A DNA stretch of 64,000 nt from a virus. The notes under the pieces are model-generated. The model was not told the origin of the DNA. It did not search any database and worked only from the letters and a program-made list of their open reading frames with translations. Made by a program: the position numbers and the translations under genes. The DNA lies in IMG/VR virus record IMGVR_UViG_3300045988_085326, positions 64,001 to 128,000 of that record. One strand, given 5' to 3'. Positions 58,440-64,000 of this stretch are shown in pieces; position 1 is the first letter of the stretch; every line of letters begins with the position of its first letter.

Positions 58440-58635
58440 TATAATCTCCTTCTATATATGTCAAGCATTATTATCCACTAACGTGGATAAAATGCTTTCC
58501 AAACAACTTTAATAATTCTGTTTGAAAATAGCAAAATACTTACTTTTATGAATATTCTGTTTGAAACTTGCAAAATACTTACGCATATATTATAATATAT
58601 TATGGGTAAGTAAAAATCCACTTTCAAACAAAATG

Positions 58636-59589
58636 CTAAACTGTTTTGTTAGGTATATTATAAAATGCTTCTTGGTTTAAGTCTACATTAAGTCCAAGAC
58701 AACGTTGATAACCAGCATAAGCTCTTGATGACTTAAATATCGCAGATTCTTTTAATATCTTATTACTATCTTTAATTTGATACTCACTTAATCCAGTAAC
58801 CGCGGAAAGCTCCTTTATGGTGAAAGGTTGTCTAGTCGAAAGTAACTCAATACCTAGCCAAGTCTTTAATAAAGGAATCCAACTTCTCTTATGATACTTA
58901 TCCGCAAGTATCTTACAATTTCTAACCATTCCTATACCAATCTTCATATCTTCTTCTACTTTTCTATAAAGACCAGCAATAAAATAATTAGGATTAGTTT
59001 TATCAATATTATAACTAATAAATTCTCTTTCTGCTAAACTTTGTAATGCATTTTTTAATTCAATAATATTATTTTTTGATACATTACACCCTGCATATTT
59101 CAAAAAATCTTCATAGCTCCCTCTAAAAACTAACATTGGAGTGGTTATAATAGCAAGAAAACACATAAAATCCCAATTCATTAACTTTAATGTATCATTA
59201 CTTAATATCATTTCTTCTCTTACTTCATCATACATAGTAATAGCTCTTTGGTCATCTTCAATTTCTTCTATATAATTCGCGGTTTTGCCTCTACCTTCTT
59301 TAATAATCCTAATACCATGTTTTTTTAAAATAGATTTTTGAGTACGCGGAAAAGCATTTTTCATACTGCTTTCTGATACTTCATATTTTTCACATACTTC
59401 TTGTAGCGTCATAAAATTCCAACAAACTTTTCGTTTGTATTCTCCTTTCAATAAGTTTACAAGATATAGTAAAAATTCAAACAAAAAACCTGTTGGAATT
59501 TGTCCAAAACTTAATAATACGGTTTCGTATATTTTTAACTTTGCAAGAGAAAAATTAGACTTTAACAAAACCTCCAAATTTTTTAACAC
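58636..59589 (-). CDS. two-HTH DNA-binding protein, possible replication initiator or regulator, 317 aa; true start may be internal (MTLQEV...)
   Basis: HTH-like segments TLQEVCEKYEVSESSMKNAF and FTIKELSAVTGLSEYQIKDSNKIL. Located near the iteron array and the repeat-rich region 58440..58635. Confidence 0.4.
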   Translation of the reverse strand: MLKNLEVLLKSNFSLAKLKIYETVLLSFGQIPTGFLFEFLLYLVNLLKGEYKRKVCWNFMTLQEVCEKYEVSESSMKNAFPRTQKSILKKHGIRIIKEGRGKTANYIEEIEDDQRAITMYDEVREEMILSNDTLKLMNWDFMCFLAIITTPMLVFRGSYEDFLKYAGCNVSKNNIIELKNALQSLAEREFISYNIDKTNPNYFIAGLYRKVEEDMKIGIGMVRNCKILADKYHKRSWIPLLKTWLGIELLSTRQPFTIKELSAVTGLSEYQIKDSNKILKESAIFKSSRAYAGYQRCLGLNVDLNQEAFYNIPNKTV

Positions 59590-59625
59590 CTAAACAAATA
59601 ACTTGCGGGAAACCGTTTTAAATTA

Positions 59626-59958
59626 CTACAAGTCTAGTCCTGTCCGCTTAAAAGACCATACAGGAGTAACTAAACTAGGATAAATTATACAATCTAAAAT
59701 TTTATCATCTATATCATCATCATATATTATCCTATCAAATTTTTGTCCTCTACAAGACTCAGACGCAACAACTGCTTTAATTAACATTCCATTAGTTAAA
59801 GCGCATTCTATATCATATTTATTTCTTTTTATATATTGAATTTTATCTGGTTCAATTTTATCAATATATTGATTAAAAACCATCAATGTTCTTTCTCTCG
59901 TTTTACCATAAATACCAATCTTAAATATCATAATAATTATCCTCCATATTATTTCCAT
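59626..59958 (-). CDS. hypothetical protein, 110 aa
   Basis: ORF upstream of the HTH gene on the same strand. Confidence 0.4.
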   Translation of the reverse strand: MEIIWRIIIMIFKIGIYGKTRERTLMVFNQYIDKIEPDKIQYIKRNKYDIECALTNGMLIKAVVASESCRGQKFDRIIYDDDIDDKILDCIIYPSLVTPVWSFKRTGLDL

Positions 59959-60124
59959 TATAATAATCCCTCCATTACTTTTCTAAATATATTATATCAA
60001 AATTTTGGTCAAAAGTCAAAGATGTTGCTATCATTTTAATTAGAAATTGATTTTCTTTAAAAATTTTGTTTATAATATTTATGTAATAAAAAAGATAAGT
60101 TAAAATGAAAGAGAGGTATTTTAT

Positions 60125-60847
60125 TTGAAAGCAATTCAATCTGGCAATACTTTTCGTATTTATGACAATAGCATGAAAACTTATGACCAGCTTCCGCCTA
60201 ACGCTTATCTTATCAATTTTAGCAAAGAAACGGGGTTTTACCTCACTCTTTATTCTGAAATTGATATTAAGGAAAAAGTGTATGGCGTTCATGAAGCTAA
60301 AGTTAATAAAGTTTTAAATGCATTTAACCAGTTTAAGCGGAATTTAGGTATTATTTTGAGCGGAGATAAGGGTATTGGTAAATCTCTGTTCTCTAAAATG
60401 CTAGCTCAACGCGGAATTGAGCAAGGATTGCCGCTTATCATCGCAAACTGCTATATCCCTGGTATTGGTGAGTATATTAATAGTATCGAGCAGGAAGTTA
60501 TTGTACTCTTCGATGAGTTCGATAAGACTTTCCAGAAATGCGGCGACCGTGACCCGCAGGCTGAAATGCTCACACTGTTCGATGGTATTGCACAAGGTAA
60601 GAAGCTCTTTGTTGTTACTTGTAATGATTTAAGAGGACTTAATAATTTCCTTGTGAATAGACCTGGTCGTTTTCATTATCATCTTAGATTTGAATATCCG
60701 AACGCCGCAGCCATCACTGAATATCTTACTGATGCTCTTGATGAAGCATATCATAAGGAGATTCCCGCAGTAATTGCATTTGCAGGTAAGGTTGACCTTA
60801 ATTATGACTGTTGCGAGCAATCGCATTTGAACTTAACTGCGGTTTAA
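60125..60847 (+). CDS. AAA+ ATPase, TTG start
   Basis: Walker A GDKGIGKS, Walker B VIVLFDEFD, second region of homology LVNRPGRFHYHL. RBS AGAGAGG 8 nt upstream of TTG. Confidence 0.65.
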   Translation: MKAIQSGNTFRIYDNSMKTYDQLPPNAYLINFSKETGFYLTLYSEIDIKEKVYGVHEAKVNKVLNAFNQFKRNLGIILSGDKGIGKSLFSKMLAQRGIEQGLPLIIANCYIPGIGEYINSIEQEVIVLFDEFDKTFQKCGDRDPQAEMLTLFDGIAQGKKLFVVTCNDLRGLNNFLVNRPGRFHYHLRFEYPNAAAITEYLTDALDEAYHKEIPAVIAFAGKVDLNYDCCEQSHLNLTAV

Positions 60848-61239
60848 GTTTTAGAGAAGCTATCGCTGACCTGAATATTATCAATCTTGATGCTGACTAC
60901 TATACTCTTGTTCTGGTTCTGAGCAATGGCGAAGAGCTGAAGATTAATGAGAGATTGGATACGTTCAGTTCCGAGGAGACTTACTCAGAGTTTTATGACC
61001 CTGAGATGCATAAGGACTTATATTACGTTCATTATACTCCGTCCAACAATCATTACGATTCTCACAGCAACCATTGCTGTATTAATGGAGAAGATTTACG
61101 ACTTGAGCTTCAATCTCATATTAATCCTAAGAGTGAGGATGAAGATTATAAAAAGTTATATCAGAAATATAAAGATGTTAAGGCGGTTCGACTTGAGTTA
61201 AGACGCCAGAAGGCTAGAGGTATTCATTACCTTGTATAG
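60811..61239 (+). CDS. ORF in the -1 frame overlapping the AAA+ gene end; possible C-terminal (lid) continuation by frameshift, or an independent gene starting at an internal ATG
   Basis: Open from 60808. Begins ...GLSFREAIADL resembling an AAA+ sensor-2/lid segment. No canonical start or RBS at 60811. Confidence 0.3.
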   Translation: MRAIAFELNCGLSFREAIADLNIINLDADYYTLVLVLSNGEELKINERLDTFSSEETYSEFYDPEMHKDLYYVHYTPSNNHYDSHSNHCCINGEDLRLELQSHINPKSEDEDYKKLYQKYKDVKAVRLELRRQKARGIHYLV

Positions 61240-61301
61240 CGGCAATCGTGGGTTGATGGTAACATCGACCCACTTCTAAAATAAACAAAAGGAGAAATAC
61301 T

Positions 61302-61475
61302 ATGGGATTATTTCTAATCTTTTTAAATATATTATGTGCAGTTTTATATGGTATTTCCGCATATGCCAGTTATATAGCTGGTTCAACGGGGAGAGCATCA
61401 ATTAATTTACTTTGTTGTATTTGTTGGATAGCATGTGCAGTTCTTAATAGTATAAGTTATAGAAATAGAAGATAA
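61302..61475 (+). CDS. small two-TM membrane protein, 57 aa (not in ORF track)
   Basis: RBS AAAAGGAGA. MGLFLIFLNILCAVLYGISAYASYIAGSTGRASINLLCCICWIACAVLNSISYRNRR. Confidence 0.45.
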   Translation: MGLFLIFLNILCAVLYGISAYASYIAGSTGRASINLLCCICWIACAVLNSISYRNRR

Positions 61476-61566
61476 GGAGTGGGCTAGGTCCCGCTCTTTA
61501 TTTTTTTAAAAAATTTTGTTATAATATATACATAAGAAATGAAAAAGAAAAGAGAGGTTGATAGTT

Positions 61567-61917
61567 ATGATGAACATGAGACTGATTGCAGAAACAGTAA
61601 AATTGGTAAATAGCTATTTTGAAGCAGAAAATATCATGGTTTCTAATCAAATTATTGAAGCTCAGGTAATAGATTGGTATAATCATAGTGAAATTGTTGA
61701 AGCTGAAATGTTAGCTGCGGCAGTTATGAATTATGGTAACTATATACCTGGTACAATGTGGAATGAACTTGAACAGCTCCGCGAGTTTTATTTTCCATCT
61801 GAGCCTATTCAGTTTGGTTCTTGCGGATTTGATGAAAATTGTTATGAAATGTTAGCAATGGAAAACTTCAGTATCGAAGAGATTGAAGCGGCACAGAGAG
61901 ACGCTATGTGGCAATAA
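61567..61917 (+). CDS. hypothetical protein, 116 aa
   Basis: Promoter at ~61505 (TTGTTATAAT extended -10) and RBS AGAGAGG. Confidence 0.5.
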   Translation: MMNMRLIAETVKLVNSYFEAENIMVSNQIIEAQVIDWYNHSEIVEAEMLAAAVMNYGNYIPGTMWNELEQLREFYFPSEPIQFGSCGFDENCYEMLAMENFSIEEIEAAQRDAMWQ

Positions 61918-61937
61918 GAAAGAGAGGAGAGAGGTAT

Positions 61938-62513
61938 ATGAAAATGACGAAAAAACTTTGGTTAGAAAAAAATGGTTTTGGTGCAGATGGCTTGACATGG
62001 TGTATTTTCGGTGAAGATACTTATGCGATTAAAGAACAGCTCAAAGAACTTGGATGTAAATTCTCTCCGCTCTTAAAATGGCACTCTCCTAAAGCTCTTG
62101 ATTTGCCTGAAGGTTATGGAATGTTTTCCATTTTTTTTGATGAAATTGGGCAGTGGGATTTAATCAATGAGACAGTTTGCTATTTTGAGAAGTCAAAAGA
62201 ACTGATTGAAAGAAAGTTTAGAGAAGCGGAAGGTCCCTCATTATCAGAATATGTCGGGACTCCTGGAGAAAGACTTCGTAATATAACTGCAATTTATAAA
62301 TCTTCTCGTGGTTTCTCTGGTAAGTTTGGCTGGACTAACATTCATACTTTTCAAATGGGCGAAAATATACTAGTATGGTTTACTTCTGTTGACCTTGATT
62401 TTGAGAAGGGACAAGCAATTGACCTTACTGGAACTATTAAAAAGCATGAAGAATTTCGCGGAGTTAAAACTACTCAGTTATCTCGTTGCATTATTAAAAC
62501 AATAGGAGACTAA
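61938..62513 (+). CDS. hypothetical protein, 191 aa
   Basis: RBS GAGAGGAGAGAGG before ATG 61938. The upstream ATG 61908 lies inside the previous gene. Confidence 0.5.
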   Translation: MKMTKKLWLEKNGFGADGLTWCIFGEDTYAIKEQLKELGCKFSPLLKWHSPKALDLPEGYGMFSIFFDEIGQWDLINETVCYFEKSKELIERKFREAEGPSLSEYVGTPGERLRNITAIYKSSRGFSGKFGWTNIHTFQMGENILVWFTSVDLDFEKGQAIDLTGTIKKHEEFRGVKTTQLSRCIIKTIGD

Positions 62514-62515
62514 AT

Positions 62516-62851
62516 ATGATATTAATTATCATTATTATTGTAGGGTTAATAGGATTCTATGCAATAAAACAAACAATAGAAAATAAGCTCTTGAATGATA
62601 AACTTAGAGTTCAACAAAGAATATATGAAAATTATATTTATTCTTTAAAAACTCAGATAGTTGCTTTACAAGAGGATAAGAATATATACAGTAGATTTCA
62701 GAAAGAAAGAGTAGTATATAGAAACGCGGCTATGCCTGATGGAGTGTTAGATGCAGTTAAAATTGCAATGAAAGTCAGCCATCCGGACAATGGAGGTAAA
62801 ACCGCGGACTTCATCAAGTATAATGAACTTTATAAAAAATTATCTAAATAA
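62516..62851 (+). CDS. membrane-anchored J-domain-like protein, 111 aa
   Basis: N-terminal TM (ILIIIIIVGLIGFYAI). C-terminal DAVKIAMKVSHPDNGG...FIKYNELYKKL matches J-domain helix II-HPD-helix III. Confidence 0.45.
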   Translation: MILIIIIIVGLIGFYAIKQTIENKLLNDKLRVQQRIYENYIYSLKTQIVALQEDKNIYSRFQKERVVYRNAAMPDGVLDAVKIAMKVSHPDNGGKTADFIKYNELYKKLSK

Positions 62852-62961
62852 GTCTTTTAAAGAAGGCACTATTAAGTGTCTTCTTTTATTTTTTTTAAAA
62901 ATTATGATATAATAAATTATATGAAAAAATATTTGTCAAATAATGTCGAGGAGACTTGCGA

Positions 62962-63618
62962 ATGAATAGTAACGAGATTATAAAATTATTATCAGAGTGC
63001 GAGTTTGATGGAGAATTGTACTCTGAAGTAGTGAGTGAAAAAATTTTTGAACATCTACCTGATGACTTTAGATATGATTGGAATGAAGGAGCATCTAAAT
63101 TAGTAATTAAGCCATATAATGAAGATTATGTTATTAAGATTCCTTATAATGGTCAATATTATGATTCATCTAAAAAATTTGAACCATTTCTTTCTGCTAA
63201 TAATTCAGATAAATATTTTTGGGACTATTGTATGACAGAAACTTTAGTATGGAGATTAGCTAAAACAGAGAATATTCATAAAGCCTTTGCAAAAGAACGA
63301 ATTATTGGTATGATAAATGGTCATCCTATTTATATACAGCAAAAGGTAGAAGTGTTTACTGACTCAGATGCATATTATTTAGATGATGAAATCAAAAGAA
63401 AGAAAACCGCAGATTATTGTGAAAGAAAGGGATTAAGAACATTTTATGAAGAAGCGTTAACATGGCAAGCGGACGCTCTTGAGTATTATGGACCTAAGCA
63501 ATTTGATAAGATAATGTCTTTTATTGAAAGAAATAATATTGGAGATTTTTATAATAATAACTTAGGTTATATTGAAAATAGACCAGTCTTTCTGGACTAT
63601 TCAGACTTCTACGAATGA
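62962..63618 (+). CDS. hypothetical protein, 218 aa
   Basis: ATG after GGAGACTTGCGA. The track ORF uses an upstream TTG. Confidence 0.5.
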   Translation: MNSNEIIKLLSECEFDGELYSEVVSEKIFEHLPDDFRYDWNEGASKLVIKPYNEDYVIKIPYNGQYYDSSKKFEPFLSANNSDKYFWDYCMTETLVWRLAKTENIHKAFAKERIIGMINGHPIYIQQKVEVFTDSDAYYLDDEIKRKKTADYCERKGLRTFYEEALTWQADALEYYGPKQFDKIMSFIERNNIGDFYNNNLGYIENRPVFLDYSDFYE

Positions 63619-63706
63619 TACTATAAGTCATAATTATGAGTTTCTATTGATTTTAATTAAAAAATATTATATAATATTTATATAAAAGAAAGAGAGGTAA
63701 AAATGA

Positions 63707-63904
63707 ATGGGAGATTGTGATAACACTAATTGTTGCTATTATTTAGATGGCAGGTGTAATGGTGCTAGAGACGGTTATACAATCGAAAATTGTGATGAAC
63801 ATTTTGTAGACAATGATACTGTCGGCACTGGCGAAGATGAAGATTATGAAGATTATGCTTTCGCTGATTATGACTGTGAATACGGATTGTTTGGAGACGA
63901 ATAG
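63707..63904 (+). CDS. highly acidic Cys-containing small protein, 65 aa
   Basis: Leader AAGAAAGAGAGGTAAAAATGAATGGG. GEDEDYEDYAFADYDCEYGLFGDE. Confidence 0.5.
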   Translation: MGDCDNTNCCYYLDGRCNGARDGYTIENCDEHFVDNDTVGTGEDEDYEDYAFADYDCEYGLFGDE

Positions 63905-63916
63905 GAGGTCTTAAAT

Positions 63917-64000
63917 ATGAAGGATAGGGAGAGAGCTTGTAAATATTACATTTGTGAAAGAAACTGTTCTAAAGGGCGGGAAGGCACTTTTAGAAAACAG
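63917..64000 (+). CDS. 5' fragment of a Cys-rich ORF continuing beyond the window
   Basis: RBS GGAGG then ATG. MKDRERACKYYICERNCSKGREGTF... Confidence 0.35.
   Translation, partial: MKDRERACKYYICERNCSKGREGTFRKQ

Noticed and set aside
59975-60292. ORF 59975..60292 (-) and other antisense ORFs near the AAA+ gene (60401..60595, 60417..60632, 60629..60826, 60947..61201, 57745..58035, 57881..58096, 59836..60039)
   Set aside because: They overlap the promoter/RBS or coding sequence of better-supported genes on the opposite strand, with no RBS and low-complexity translations.
47676-62961. N-terminal extensions of early genes in the ORF track (47676, 48029, 49735, 50545, 51778, 54027, 54398, 55388, 61558, 61908, 62956 starts; also 47089 and 43576)
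   Set aside because: The extensions begin at TTG/GTG or ATG codons lying inside the -35 element or the conserved leader (e.g. the recurring 'IMYLQGKEREVNK' translation of the leader). True starts are the ATGs 7-9 nt after the AGAGAGG RBS.

Overview
Low-GC (~30%) window that looks entirely phage-derived, with no integrase or host genes visible. It contains two divergently transcribed modules that meet at ~43.5 kb. (1) Minus strand, 43.4 kb down to 0.3 kb: a structural/packaging module. In transcription order it encodes two unknown proteins, terminase large subunit, a small DUF559 (Vsr-like) nuclease-fold protein, portal, scaffold-like protein, major capsid, ~10 head-tail/tail genes, a giant 2854-aa tape measure protein, a 1720-aa repeat-rich fibre protein, baseplate/spike proteins and, at the distal end, a complete diversity-generating retroelement (DGR). 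The DGR comprises a C-type-lectin-fold target gene with VR, an Avd-like ORF, the TR, a TR-RT spacer and a reverse transcriptase. VR differs from TR at 21 positions, all at TR adenines. The RT reading frame carries one in-frame TAA. (2) Plus strand, 43.5-64 kb: an early/host-takeover region of ~45 mostly small genes. Almost every gene has its own near-consensus sigma-A-type promoter (TTGACA-17-TATAAT with upstream A-tract), a conserved leader/RBS (AAGGAAAGAGAGGTAAACAAAATG) and a terminator. Eight-plus cassette junctions carry a recurring module: an extreme-GC hairpin (GCGCGCGG/CCGCGCGC type) plus TGTCAAG plus a TCCCGAAAT core, which in several copies is flanked by the palindrome ATTGCACAAA/TTTGTGCAAT. 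Recognisable early products are a YpsA/DUF1273 (SLOG) protein, DUF488 protein, HAD-family 5'(3')-deoxyribonucleotidase-like protein, DEDDh 3'-5' exonuclease, AbrB/MazE-fold regulator, AAA+ ATPase, a membrane-anchored J-domain-like protein, several very acidic small proteins, a three-member paralog family plus a duplicated two-gene cassette, and a Cys4 zinc-ribbon gene split by an in-frame TGA. Between convergent genes at 57.5 kb lies a 5-copy ~31-bp direct-repeat (iteron-like) array near a two-HTH Rep-like protein.
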